From assembly GCA_044869275.1 (NCBI GenBank), contig JBIOXB010000086.1, positions 46,633 through 110,632 on the forward strand: a stretch of 64,000 bases of DNA. The letters are read 5' to 3'. The notes under the pieces were generated by a model, which was not told where the DNA came from, made no database searches, and worked only from the letters and a program-made list of their open reading frames with translations. How positions within the stretch are numbered: position 1 is the stretch's first letter; every line of letters begins with the position of its first letter. Origin of the DNA: a bacterium (GTDB lineage: Bacteria; Zhuqueibacterota; Zhuqueibacteria; Zhuqueibacterales; Zhuqueibacteraceae). The position numbers and the translations under genes were made by a program. Shown here piece after piece: positions 39,685-49,585 of this stretch.

Positions 39685-42600
39685 TTATTTTACAAGCGTC
39701 ATTCGCCGCGTTTGCATAAAAACGGCTTTGCCGTCTTGGTCTTGCGCGACAATGCGATACAGATATATTCCGGCGGCCACAGTGTTGCCGGAGCGATTCC
39801 GGCCATTCCAATTCACCGCATGCCGCCCCATCTCCATCTCGCCCTCCACGAGCGTGCAGACGAGCTGACCGATTTTGTTATAGATTTGCAGGGTCACTTG
39901 GCTCACAACCGGAAGTTCGAAGCTAATGACCGTGCTGGGATTAAATGGATTAGAATAATTCTGTTCAAGCTGAAACTCAGCCGGAGGCGCCGGCGCAGTA
40001 TTTTCGACAGTCGAATTGGGTTTTGCCATTCCGGTCTCTGATTTGATCTCCAAAGCTACCACTGCCCAGTCGACGGAGCTGCTGAACGTGCCGTTCACAA
40101 TCACTGTAGAGGGCGAGGCGACAATTTTGTCCTGCACCGCAACGGAAGACGCGCTGCCCGCACTGCTGGCACCCTGGATGATCTCACCCCGCTCCGTGTA
40201 CCCCGCGCCCGGCGTGTGCGTCCGCTGCCGCATCGACGCCGCACCATACGCCATTGCGCCATTCGCGCTCACGGTCAAATTGAAAGCATAAGTGTTGTTG
40301 TCTGCTCCGCTGGAGCAAGAACCATTGACACCGGCGGTATTGCCCGAGGTCACATTGCCAACCGCATTTGTGGTCGCTACACCTGAGTATCTTGAGACCG
40401 CAATCGCCGCATTATTGGCAGCCACAGCGAGCGTCGCGGTCACGGCGCCGTTGCCGTTCGGCGTTCCTTGCGCCCTCCACACTTCAATACCGGTTTGGTT
40501 GCGTCCGGAACATTGGCTTTTGACCAAAGTCCACGTGAGTCCAAGTCCGGAAACATGGTTCACCGCAATTTTCGGCTTGGTGGAAATCGCTGCCAAGTAA
40601 AGCTGGCCGCTGGCAGCAGTGAGACTCGCTGAAGTCGCCACTGTCCCCAAGCTGGTGGAACCACCGGTCCGGGTTTCTTCATGAACAACCTGGCCACTGG
40701 AACCGCTCGTTGTGAAAGTGGCGGTGACATTCTTGTTGGCATTCATGGTGATGGTCGCCGGATTATTCGATCCGGTCAAATCACCGCTCCAACCGCTGAA
40801 TTGCCAGCCGGAGGCTGGAGTCGCCGTCAAGGTCACCACGGTGCCCGCATCATAAACACCGCCGGCGGGGCTTAGATTGACACTGCCCGAACCAACGGTC
40901 GTGGCCGCCAACGTATACTGCGTGGCTGGTAACTGCGTGAAGGTGGCGGTGACATTCTTGTTGGCATTCATGGTGATGGTCGCCGGATTGTTCGAGCCAG
41001 TCACGTCACCGCTCCAGCCATTGAACTGCCAACCCGAAGCGGGATTTGCCGTCAACGTCACGACTGTACTCGCACCATAAACGCCTCCCGGAGGATTCAA
41101 AGCCACGCTGCCTGAGCCCACCGTATTTACCGCCAACGAATGCTGCGTGGCACCGCCACCACCCGGCTGCGGTTTGATCTCCAAAGCCACGACGGCCCAA
41201 TCGACGGAACCACCGAGTGTGCCGTTCACAATCACCGTAGAGGGTGAAGCGACACTTTTGTCCTGCACCGCAACGGAAGTCGCGCTGCCTGCACTGCTGG
41301 CACCCTGGATGATCTCGCCCCGCTCTGTGTACCCCGCACCCGGCGTGTGCGTCCGCTGCCGCATCGACGCCGCACCATACGCCATTGCACCATTCGCGCT
41401 CGCGGTCAAATTGAAGGCATAAGTGTTGTTGTCTGATCCGCTGGAGCAAGAACCATTGACACCGGCGGTGTTGCCCGAGGTCACATTGCCAACCGCGTTT
41501 GTGGTCGCTACACCTGAGTATCTTGATACGGCAATCGCCGCATTATTTGCGGCTGCGGCGAGCGTCGCGGTTACGGTGCCGATGCCGCTCGGCGTTCCTT
41601 GCGCCCTCCACACCTCGACTCCGGTTTGATTCCGTCCGGAACACTGGCTTTTGACCAAGATCCACGTTAGCCCAAGCCCGGAAATGTTGCTCACAGCAAC
41701 TCTCGGCTTGGTGGAAATCGCCGCCAAGTAAAGCTGGCCGCTGGCGGCGGTGAGACTTGCCGAAGTCGCCACGGTTCTCGAGCTGGTGGAACCACCGGTC
41801 CGGGTTTCTTCATGAACAATCTGGCCGCTCACGGGCGGCGTGAGGTCGTTGCCAGCATTGAGCTCGAGGCGCTGGCCGGGTGCGAGACCGGTGAGCGCGC
41901 GGCTCTTGCCGCCGAGATAGTGGACACGCAGATCGTAGGTTTTATTCGGATCGACGCCGAAATGCACCACCGGCGAATTTCCCGAAAACGTGCCTTGGGC
42001 AGAAGTGGTTTGCCGATAGCCGCGCAAAAAAGTTGGTTGATCGAGATGGCCGGCTTCATAAAGATAGAATTTCGTGCCCCAACCGCCGGCGCTGCCGCTG
42101 GACGAAGTCGCGGCGATTTGCAAATAGTTTTTCGCGCCGCTGCCCGGAACATTAAGATCATTGCGATAAAGAAAGGTCGGCTCTTCAATATAGGTTATGG
42201 CAACGTCGAGATCACCGTCGTTGTCAATATCGCCGAAGGTGGCGGCGCGCGCATCCACGCCGTTGCGCTCCAAACCGGTATTGCTTTGCTGGGTGAAATG
42301 GCCGGCGCCATCATTCAACCATAACGAACTCATGCCAAAGTTGATCGATTGCAAAAAGTCTTCATCACCATCATTGTCCACGTCGCCGGTGCTGAGGGTA
42401 TAGCCTTCGAAAGTGATATTCTGCGCGTCGGTCTCGTCGTCGAAATTACCGTCCCCGCGATTGCGATACACGCGCAGCTTGGTCAGCTCGCCATTGCGCG
42501 AGCCATTAAACGAGGAAACGGCCAGGAGCAGATCGAGATCAGCGTCGCGATCCATGTCGAAGAACACCGCGCCGTTGGTGATGCCGTTGAATGCCACGCC

Positions 42601-43794
42601 GCGCGCCGCGGCCTCATCCGTGAAGTTGCCGCTGCCATTGTTGATATACAGCCGGCAGGCGTCTTCGCGCTTGGCGAGAAAAATATCGAGATCGCCATCA
42701 TGGTCGACATCCGCCGCCGTGGCCGCCATCGTGCCCGCGGCATCGGGCTCGAGATCGAACACGCCGCGATTTTCATTGGTGAAATGCCCGGCGCCGTCGT
42801 TGACGTACATTTCATTGCTCAGGCCCCAATTGCCGCTGAACAAATCCATGTCGCCGTCGTTTTCAATGTCGAGCCCGAGTACGCTGATGGTGCGGCGATC
42901 CGAAAGCAAAATGCCTGCTGGTGCCGTCATCTCAGTGAAATCGCCATTCCCGTTGTTGCGATACAAACGGTTGCCGCTCGGTCCGCGCTGGCCGTTGAAC
43001 AAGTCGAAATCACCGTCGTTGTCGACGTCCACCCACACGGCGCCGTGCGATTGGCCGGGATCGTCCACGCCTGCCTGTGCCGCTCTTTCGGTGAAGGTGT
43101 TGTTGCCATTGTTGATGAACAGCTCGTCCGGCAGCACGAGAAAATCCGACTGGCTGCCCGGCACGAAATTGGTATGTGTGACATACAGGTCTTCGCGCCG
43201 GTCGCCGTTCACGTCCGCGAACAAAATCCCATGGCCCCCGTGCTCGGAGATGCCTCCGATGCCGGCGGCGCTGGAAATGTCGACGAACTGGCCGTTGAAC
43301 ACGGCGGCGGTTTCGCTTTCACCCTCGCGAAAAACCATGTGGCGCGACGCGAGTTTTTGATAGAACCTTCCAATCTCTCCCGAGGGCCACGCCACCACAA
43401 TGCTATCGAGGCGCGCGTTGTCGTGCAAGCCGAGGCGCACTGCACGATTGGCCACGCTGCCGTAACCTCCGGAGGCCGCCGTAGCGTACTGGCGCAGGAC
43501 TTCGCCATTTGCATGAACACTTACCTGTGCGCCGAAGCCATTGCGATTGCTGCGCTTGCCCACAAGCAATGCCGAGAACCAATGCCGTTGTGCCCGAGAA
43601 ATATTTTTGAACAAGCGCATGGCGCCGTTCTCACCGCCGCCAAAGACATCGAGACGGCCGTCGAGATCAAAATCCGCGCCGGTGGGCGAGGCCGGAAAAA
43701 CGGTATGGGTTACCTCTTCGAATTGAATTTCTTGCGCCAGCATCACCCCACTGGCCAGAAGGAGGAGAACGCTGCCGATTGAGAAAATTTTCAC
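39685..43794 (-). CDS. Secreted FG-GAP/ASPIC (CRTAC1-like) protein with duplicated Ser/Thr/Ala-rich beta domain, InlB-B-like repeats and T9SS-like CTD
   Basis: GTG start, signal peptide, DxDxDGDxD repeats, two ~220-aa near-identical domains, GWQF.GWSGD repeats, NYSNPFNP CTD. Confidence 0.82.
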   Translation of the reverse strand: MKIFSIGSVLLLLASGVMLAQEIQFEEVTHTVFPASPTGADFDLDGRLDVFGGGENGAMRLFKNISRAQRHWFSALLVGKRSNRNGFGAQVSVHANGEVLRQYATAASGGYGSVANRAVRLGLHDNARLDSIVVAWPSGEIGRFYQKLASRHMVFREGESETAAVFNGQFVDISSAAGIGGISEHGGHGILFADVNGDRREDLYVTHTNFVPGSQSDFLVLPDELFINNGNNTFTERAAQAGVDDPGQSHGAVWVDVDNDGDFDLFNGQRGPSGNRLYRNNGNGDFTEMTAPAGILLSDRRTISVLGLDIENDGDMDLFSGNWGLSNEMYVNDGAGHFTNENRGVFDLEPDAAGTMAATAADVDHDGDLDIFLAKREDACRLYINNGSGNFTDEAAARGVAFNGITNGAVFFDMDRDADLDLLLAVSSFNGSRNGELTKLRVYRNRGDGNFDDETDAQNITFEGYTLSTGDVDNDGDEDFLQSINFGMSSLWLNDGAGHFTQQSNTGLERNGVDARAATFGDIDNDGDLDVAITYIEEPTFLYRNDLNVPGSGAKNYLQIAATSSSGSAGGWGTKFYLYEAGHLDQPTFLRGYRQTTSAQGTFSGNSPVVHFGVDPNKTYDLRVHYLGGKSRALTGLAPGQRLELNAGNDLTPPVSGQIVHEETRTGGSTSSRTVATSASLTAASGQLYLAAISTKPRVAVSNISGLGLTWILVKSQCSGRNQTGVEVWRAQGTPSGIGTVTATLAAAANNAAIAVSRYSGVATTNAVGNVTSGNTAGVNGSCSSGSDNNTYAFNLTASANGAMAYGAASMRQRTHTPGAGYTERGEIIQGASSAGSATSVAVQDKSVASPSTVIVNGTLGGSVDWAVVALEIKPQPGGGGATQHSLAVNTVGSGSVALNPPGGVYGASTVVTLTANPASGWQFNGWSGDVTGSNNPATITMNANKNVTATFTQLPATQYTLAATTVGSGSVNLSPAGGVYDAGTVVTLTATPASGWQFSGWSGDLTGSNNPATITMNANKNVTATFTTSGSSGQVVHEETRTGGSTSLGTVATSASLTAASGQLYLAAISTKPKIAVNHVSGLGLTWTLVKSQCSGRNQTGIEVWRAQGTPNGNGAVTATLAVAANNAAIAVSRYSGVATTNAVGNVTSGNTAGVNGSCSSGADNNTYAFNLTVSANGAMAYGAASMRQRTHTPGAGYTERGEIIQGASSAGSASSVAVQDKIVASPSTVIVNGTFSSSVDWAVVALEIKSETGMAKPNSTVENTAPAPPAEFQLEQNYSNPFNPSTVISFELPVVSQVTLQIYNKIGQLVCTLVEGEMEMGRHAVNWNGRNRSGNTVAAGIYLYRIVAQDQDGKAVFMQTRRMTLVK

Positions 43795-43837
43795 GTTGTG
43801 CTCCCAATACTACAACGTTAAATCGAACAGTGCGCAC

Positions 43838-43943
43838 TGACTCTTACTCCCACTCTTACTCCTACTCGGCTGAATTTTAAAGCAAAAAACAAGTAAGAGT
43901 AGGAGCAGGAGTAAGAGAAAGAGTAAGAGGATGAGTATGAGCA
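43838..43943. repeat. Inverted hexamer array (ACTCTT/ACTCCT vs AGTAAG/AGTAGG)
   Basis: actcttactcccactcttactcctactc // aagtaagagtaggagcaggagtaagagaaagagtaagaggatgagtatgag. Confidence 0.7.
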
Positions 43944-43970
43944 GCTTTGAGGGCTTGGCCGATCTCGCGC

Positions 43971-46900
43971 TCACCTCGTCAACTGCAATTGCCTCGTCAA
44001 GACTTCTTTGTGTCCCGCGGGCGTTTCAAAAATCACGCGCAGAAAATAAACCCCGCTGCTCACGTGTTGGCCCATCGCGTTCGTGCCGTCCCAATTCATC
44101 ACTCGAAAACCGGTGCGCATCGGGCCTTGATGAAGTTGCTGCACTTCCCGGCCCGTGACGTCGTAGATTACGGCCTGCACCTGGGCCTCTTGCGGCAAAG
44201 CCAGCTTCACATGTGTGTTGAAATGGAAGGGATTGGGATAGTTTTGCGAAAGTTCAAAAGCCGTCGGCCGTATGTTCTCGGTCAAGGCTTCTTCGCCGTC
44301 ACCTTTTGCCAGGGCAGCACTGGTTGTGGCGATCGCGAAATCATCTGCGGTGAGCACGCCTTTCGTGCTGGTCGCATAGGCGGCCAGCTCATAATTGAAA
44401 GTATTGTCGAGCGTGTAACCGGGCAATGCGAAAACCTCGTTATAGGTATCGGTCCAACCTTGCCCATTCAATGAAGCTTCAAAATGGATGCGGCTGCTGT
44501 CGAAGCGCAAGCGCAAATAAACTGTGCCGGTAATATTCAAGTTGCCGGTGACATCCAACCCGTCAACCGCGCCGTTCCTGCTCCATTCCGCATACAAACG
44601 ATAAGGCCCGCTATTCACGTCGCGATAAACGTAGAAACGATACCAATTCGCTTGATTGAAAATGCCGTTGGCGGACGAAGCTTGGAAAGCCGGCGTCATG
44701 CCCAAATCGCCGTCGCTACTCGGCTGCGCCACTTTCACCGTGACCGTGGTATTGCGGGCGGCGTATTTTTGCTTGGTCACCACCCACGCCGTTTGCGTGC
44801 CGGTCGAGCGCAGCTCCAAGGCATTGTTAATGACACTCGCTTGATTGCCGCTGTTGCTGCCTTTGGTCCAGTTGTTGAGATCGAGTGTGGCTGTGTTGAA
44901 ATTGTCGGAAAACATCGTACTGCCGGCGCTGCCGGTGGTGGTAAAAGTGAAATCAGTGCTGGTCGCGAGATTGCCGGAGGCATCTCTGGATTTGACGCGA
45001 TAATGATATGTGGCGTTTGCAGCAAGTGCGGTGAGATTGATGGCGTGATTCGTAATGCGCGAGGCGTCAAGCGGGCTGGTGCTGCCGTAATTCGTGGTCG
45101 TGCCATATTCCACTTGCGAATCACTCGCTTCGTTGGTGTTCCAAATGATCGTGGCAGCAGTCGAAGTAATATTCGAAGCTGCGACATTGCTGATCACCGG
45201 CGGTTGTGTATCCGTGCCCGGCGTGGTTGAGTTGATGGCAAAATCATCGGCTTTCAGAATGCTATTCACCTCGGTGCGATACGCCGCCAGTTCATAATAG
45301 AATGCGCTGTTGAGCGTATAGCCGGACAGCCCAAACGGCTCACTATAGGCAGCCGTCCAGGCTTGTCCGTCCACTGAGAATTCGAAATGGATGCGCGTAT
45401 CGTCGCAACGCAGTCGCATGTGGAAGCTGCCATTCAATACCGCATTGCCGGTGACGTCCAGGCCATTAACCACGCCATTCTTTTTCCATTGCACGTACAG
45501 ACGATAAGGCCCGCTGGCGACGTCGCGGTAGACATAAAAGCGGTACCACGTCGCTTGACTGTAAATGCCGTTGGTGCTGGAAAGACTGTAAGCCGGCGCC
45601 ATGCCGAGATTGCCGTCATCGTTCGGCTGGATGATTTTCATACTGACCGTAGTGTTGCGCGCGGCGTAAGCGTTCCTGCTCACGATCCAGCCGGTTTGCG
45701 TTCCGGAGGAACGCAACTCCAGCACGTTGTTCGCCACCAGCGAGAGATTGCCACTATTCGTGCCGCGGCGCCACTTGTTGGCATCCAGGCTGCTCCCACT
45801 GAAATTGTCGGAGAAAATCGGGCCGCTGCTACTCGTGGTGGTAAAGGTGAAATCGGCGGAGGCGGATTCGAGATTGGCGCTGTCTCTGGCGCGCGCGCGA
45901 TAGTGATAAACCGTGCCCGGAATCAAATTGGTGAGCGCAATCGCATGCGTCGTTGCTGCCACGCTGTTGCTCGCGCTGAAATCGTATTCCGTGACGGTGT
46001 AAGTTTCATACCACTTCTGTGCCATGACGTCGTAGCCGGCATCATTGGGGTGCACGTTGTCCGCCATCCATTGGCTGGACCAATTGTTGTTGGCTTTGAA
46101 TGCGGCGCTCATGTCCACCAAAAACATGCGACGGCCGCTATTGATGCGCGCGGAAACCAGCCCGGGCAAACGGCTGTTGACGTCATCGTTGATGGCCTGC
46201 TTCGTATCGCGGCGCGGAATTAAAGTTGAGAGATACAATTTGATCGTGGCATCGTATTGGAAAACGCCATCGACAATGGCGACGATTTCGTTATACACGG
46301 TGCTGGCATTGTCGCCGAGGGTGATGTCGTTTGTGCCAATGTGCAGCAACACGGCTTTGGGCTGGGATTGATTCAAGAAACTACTCAATCCCGCCTGAAT
46401 TTCATTCGCCGTCCAGCCGGCATGGCCTTCATGGTCCGCGTCAGGAATGCCGTTGCCGAATTGCAGACTGCCGACGAAATTGAAGCGTGTGCCGAAGCTC
46501 GAGAATTTGTCATACAACCCGGAACGATAACCTGCATCATCGCTGCTGCCCGTGCCTTCGGTAATGCTATCCCCCAACGGCATCACCCGCGTCACGCCAT
46601 GCGTTTGCGTATCATATTGGGCGCTGCCGGTGGTGCTGCGATTGGTGGTGAAGTTGATTTGCGCCGTGGTGGTGCTGATGTTCGTTGCCGTCACATTTGA
46701 AATAACCGGCGGGCTCGACGCGGTGGCGGCAGTGGTGAAAACAAAATCTCCGCTCTGCGCCAGATTGCTCGCCGCATCTCGCGATCTTACGCGAAAATGA
46801 TAGGTGGTATTGGTGCTGAGATTGCTGAGCGTGATGCTGTGTGGCTTTACCAGCGAGGTATGGAGCGGAGAAAGAAAACCATAACTCGCCGTCGCGCCAT

Positions 46901-49385
46901 ATTCCACTTGCGAATCGCTGGCTTCATCGGTATTCCAAGTGATCGTCGCTGCCGCGGTGGTCATATTGCTGCTGGCCACTTGTGAGATCACCGGCGGCTG
47001 CGTATCCGAGGGCGGCAAGGCTTCCGACAAAACAAAATCATCCACCCTCAAAACTCCGTTGGAGGGCGTATTGTTGCCGGAAATCTCAAAATAAAAACTG
47101 CTGGACAATGAATAGCCCGGCAGCGCGAACGGTTCCTGATGTACCGTGGTCCAATTCGCGTCGTTGGCGGAATACTCGAAAAATATGTTGGTGGCATCCG
47201 TGCGCAGACGCAGCCAGAAACTGTTCGGCAAATTGAGGCCATGAGTGACGTCCAGGCCGTCGACACTGCCATTGCGTTTCCATTGCGCGAACAGCAAATA
47301 GTTTCCCGCATGGTTGTCGCGATAAACGTAAAAGCGATACCAGTTGTTTTGCCCGTAGATCGCGTTCGTGCTGGCGAGATTTATCGTCGGACTGATGCCG
47401 AGATCGCCGTCGTCGTTGGGCGAGGTGATTTTTACCTTGGCGATTTTGTTGGCACCCGCATAGGCGTTCTTCGTAGCCAGCCAGCCGGACTGGCTGCTCG
47501 CGGAACGCAAAGCCAGAGCGCCGTTTTCAATCGCGGCTTGATTACCGCTGTTGCTGCCTCTGCTCCATTTGTTCGCATCGATCGCCGTGGTGCTGAAATT
47601 ATCGCTGAGCAAAACGCTTTGACTGTTGGTGGCGAAAGTAAAATCGCCGCTGGTGGCGAGATTGCCGGCAGCGTCGCGCGAGCGGACGCGATAATGATAG
47701 GTGGTATTTGCCGCCAAACCCGTTAGGCCGGCGGAATGATTGGTGACCAGCGCAGCCTCCAGCGCGCTCTGGCTGCCATAGGCCGTGGTCAAGCCGTATT
47801 CCACTTGCGAATCGGCTGCTTCATTCGTACTCCAGGTGATGGTTGCCGAAGCGCTGGAAAGGCCGGAAGCTAGCACGCTGGAAATGGTTGGCGGCGTGTT
47901 GTCGGGAGCCCCGCCGCCGTAACTGCCCTCTTGAATGGTGAGCGCTTGATTGGCATTGACGTTCGTCAAAACGTCGCGCTGGCCGGAAGGCCAGCTCACT
48001 TCCACACGCTCGGCAGAGTTGAGATTTCCCAAGCCGAAATGCAAAGTCAAATCGCTCCCGCCGGAAACCATGGCGAAGCCGGCCAGCAATTGCTGCAGCT
48101 GCTGGCGCCCGCCGGCGGTAACGGCGACCACGGCGCCGATGCCGTTGCGGTTGCTCGTCGTGCCGCGCAGCGTGATTTTCAGCCAGCGATTACTGGAGGA
48201 GGTGACATTGCGCAGCAGATTGCTGTTCAGGCCCGAGTGGCTGAAATAGAGATCGAGCCGGCCGTCGCCGTCATAATCAGTCACGATGCTGCCGTAACCG
48301 CGGCCGGTGATGTCCGCTCCCGACCCGTTGGTGTCTTCGCTGAACGTGCCGTCGCCGTTGTTGCGGAACAGGCGATTCGTGCCGAAGTTGAGCACATATA
48401 AATCGAGCCAGCCGTCATTGTTGAAATCGGCAAAGTGGCATCCTAAGCTGCGGCTGTTGTCCTGCACGCCGGCTTCACTTGCGACTTCGTTGAAGTCACC
48501 CTCGTCATTGCGATACAGCCGATTCGGACCCTGGTCGTCGCACATGTAAAGATCGAGATCGCCATCGTTGTCATAATCACCCACGGCAATGCCCTGGGCA
48601 TGCGGGCCGGGATCGGCAATATTGCGCGCGGAGCTTGCTTCAGAAAAAGTGCCGTTACCGCGATTGACGAACAGGCGATTCGGCAATCCCAGCCCGCGTC
48701 CGACGAAAATGTCGAGATCGCCATCCAAATCGAAATCAAAAAAAACCGCTTGCACGCTGCCGGTTGCGCCATCCAATCCGGCGGCGGCGGAGACGTCCGT
48801 GAAAGTGTGATTGCCGTTTTGCCGGAACAGCCGATAAGCATGGTCGTAGCTGCACAAGAACAAGTCGAGCAAACCGTCGTCGTTGTAATCACCCCATGAC
48901 ACGCCCTGGCCTTGAAAGCCGTTATTCGATAGGCCTGCGCTGCCGGCTACTTCGGAAAAACTGGCGTTGCCGTTGTTGCGATAGAGCAGCTTGGCGTAAG
49001 CCGCCGAGGTGGCCACGAAAATATCGACGTCGCCGTCATTGTCGTAATCCGCCGCTGCCACGCCGCGATCTTCAAGCGTCGTCGAGTTTGCCACGCCGGC
49101 GCTGTTGGCGACGTTCGTGAAGCTGCCGTTGCCGTTATTGCGAAAGAGCGCGTTCAGCGCGGTGTAATTGACAACGTAGAGGTCCGGCCGGCCATCGTTG
49201 TTGAAATCGCCCGCCGCAACGCCGTGACCATAGCCATTGGGATCGTTGGGGGTGGATACGCCCGCGGAATTGGTCACATCTTGAAAGCGTAACGACTGGC
49301 TGAAACCGGAGGTGAGTGTAAGCGAAAACAAGCAGAGGAAAATGCCTGCGACCCGATGCCCGGGATGGTGCGTGCGAATGGACAT
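43971..49385 (-). CDS. Giant secreted modular protein, paralog of 32905-38343: FG-GAP/ASPIC, FN3 repeats, unknown domain x3, SGNH hydrolase, T9SS-like CTD
   Basis: Signal peptide; GDYDNDGDLD repeats; LHFGLG; GDSITEG/GTND/DNVHP; NYPNPF CTD. Confidence 0.85.
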   Translation of the reverse strand: MSIRTHHPGHRVAGIFLCLFSLTLTSGFSQSLRFQDVTNSAGVSTPNDPNGYGHGVAAGDFNNDGRPDLYVVNYTALNALFRNNGNGSFTNVANSAGVANSTTLEDRGVAAADYDNDGDVDIFVATSAAYAKLLYRNNGNASFSEVAGSAGLSNNGFQGQGVSWGDYNDDGLLDLFLCSYDHAYRLFRQNGNHTFTDVSAAAGLDGATGSVQAVFFDFDLDGDLDIFVGRGLGLPNRLFVNRGNGTFSEASSARNIADPGPHAQGIAVGDYDNDGDLDLYMCDDQGPNRLYRNDEGDFNEVASEAGVQDNSRSLGCHFADFNNDGWLDLYVLNFGTNRLFRNNGDGTFSEDTNGSGADITGRGYGSIVTDYDGDGRLDLYFSHSGLNSNLLRNVTSSSNRWLKITLRGTTSNRNGIGAVVAVTAGGRQQLQQLLAGFAMVSGGSDLTLHFGLGNLNSAERVEVSWPSGQRDVLTNVNANQALTIQEGSYGGGAPDNTPPTISSVLASGLSSASATITWSTNEAADSQVEYGLTTAYGSQSALEAALVTNHSAGLTGLAANTTYHYRVRSRDAAGNLATSGDFTFATNSQSVLLSDNFSTTAIDANKWSRGSNSGNQAAIENGALALRSASSQSGWLATKNAYAGANKIAKVKITSPNDDGDLGISPTINLASTNAIYGQNNWYRFYVYRDNHAGNYLLFAQWKRNGSVDGLDVTHGLNLPNSFWLRLRTDATNIFFEYSANDANWTTVHQEPFALPGYSLSSSFYFEISGNNTPSNGVLRVDDFVLSEALPPSDTQPPVISQVASSNMTTAAATITWNTDEASDSQVEYGATASYGFLSPLHTSLVKPHSITLSNLSTNTTYHFRVRSRDAASNLAQSGDFVFTTAATASSPPVISNVTATNISTTTAQINFTTNRSTTGSAQYDTQTHGVTRVMPLGDSITEGTGSSDDAGYRSGLYDKFSSFGTRFNFVGSLQFGNGIPDADHEGHAGWTANEIQAGLSSFLNQSQPKAVLLHIGTNDITLGDNASTVYNEIVAIVDGVFQYDATIKLYLSTLIPRRDTKQAINDDVNSRLPGLVSARINSGRRMFLVDMSAAFKANNNWSSQWMADNVHPNDAGYDVMAQKWYETYTVTEYDFSASNSVAATTHAIALTNLIPGTVYHYRARARDSANLESASADFTFTTTSSSGPIFSDNFSGSSLDANKWRRGTNSGNLSLVANNVLELRSSGTQTGWIVSRNAYAARNTTVSMKIIQPNDDGNLGMAPAYSLSSTNGIYSQATWYRFYVYRDVASGPYRLYVQWKKNGVVNGLDVTGNAVLNGSFHMRLRCDDTRIHFEFSVDGQAWTAAYSEPFGLSGYTLNSAFYYELAAYRTEVNSILKADDFAINSTTPGTDTQPPVISNVAASNITSTAATIIWNTNEASDSQVEYGTTTNYGSTSPLDASRITNHAINLTALAANATYHYRVKSRDASGNLATSTDFTFTTTGSAGSTMFSDNFNTATLDLNNWTKGSNSGNQASVINNALELRSTGTQTAWVVTKQKYAARNTTVTVKVAQPSSDGDLGMTPAFQASSANGIFNQANWYRFYVYRDVNSGPYRLYAEWSRNGAVDGLDVTGNLNITGTVYLRLRFDSSRIHFEASLNGQGWTDTYNEVFALPGYTLDNTFNYELAAYATSTKGVLTADDFAIATTSAALAKGDGEEALTENIRPTAFELSQNYPNPFHFNTHVKLALPQEAQVQAVIYDVTGREVQQLHQGPMRTGFRVMNWDGTNAMGQHVSSGVYFLRVIFETPAGHKEVLTRQLQLTR

Positions 49386-49502
49386 AAACATGCCTTCCGA
49401 AAAGTGCGGGGTTCAGGAACCGACTTCTCTACTGGCCGTCCGTGGCGGGATTGGGATTTTTTAGGTAAAAATTGAGGTGAGGGTGAGGTGGTTTTGTTAC
49501 AT

Positions 49503-49582
49503 GCAAGGCATAATGCGTGAAGCGAAATTCGTAAGGCGCAAGGACCAATTTTACGTATCACGCATCACGTATTACACATCTC
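49503..49582. repeat. Inverted heptamer array (GCGTAA-like / TTACGCA-like)
   Basis: gcaaggc ataatgc gtgaagc gaaattc gtaaggc // ttacgta tcacgca tcacgta ttacaca. Confidence 0.6.
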
Positions 49583-49585
49583 GAG

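Noticed and set aside
40041..41829. Duplicated segment as a DGR template/variable repeat pair
   Set aside because: Both copies are in frame inside one gene, the differences do not look adenine-restricted, and no reverse transcriptase is in the window
43838..43943. Short repeat arrays (here and in other spacers) as CRISPR
   Set aside because: Units are 6-9 bp, with no constant 25-40 bp repeat, no unique spacers and no cas genes
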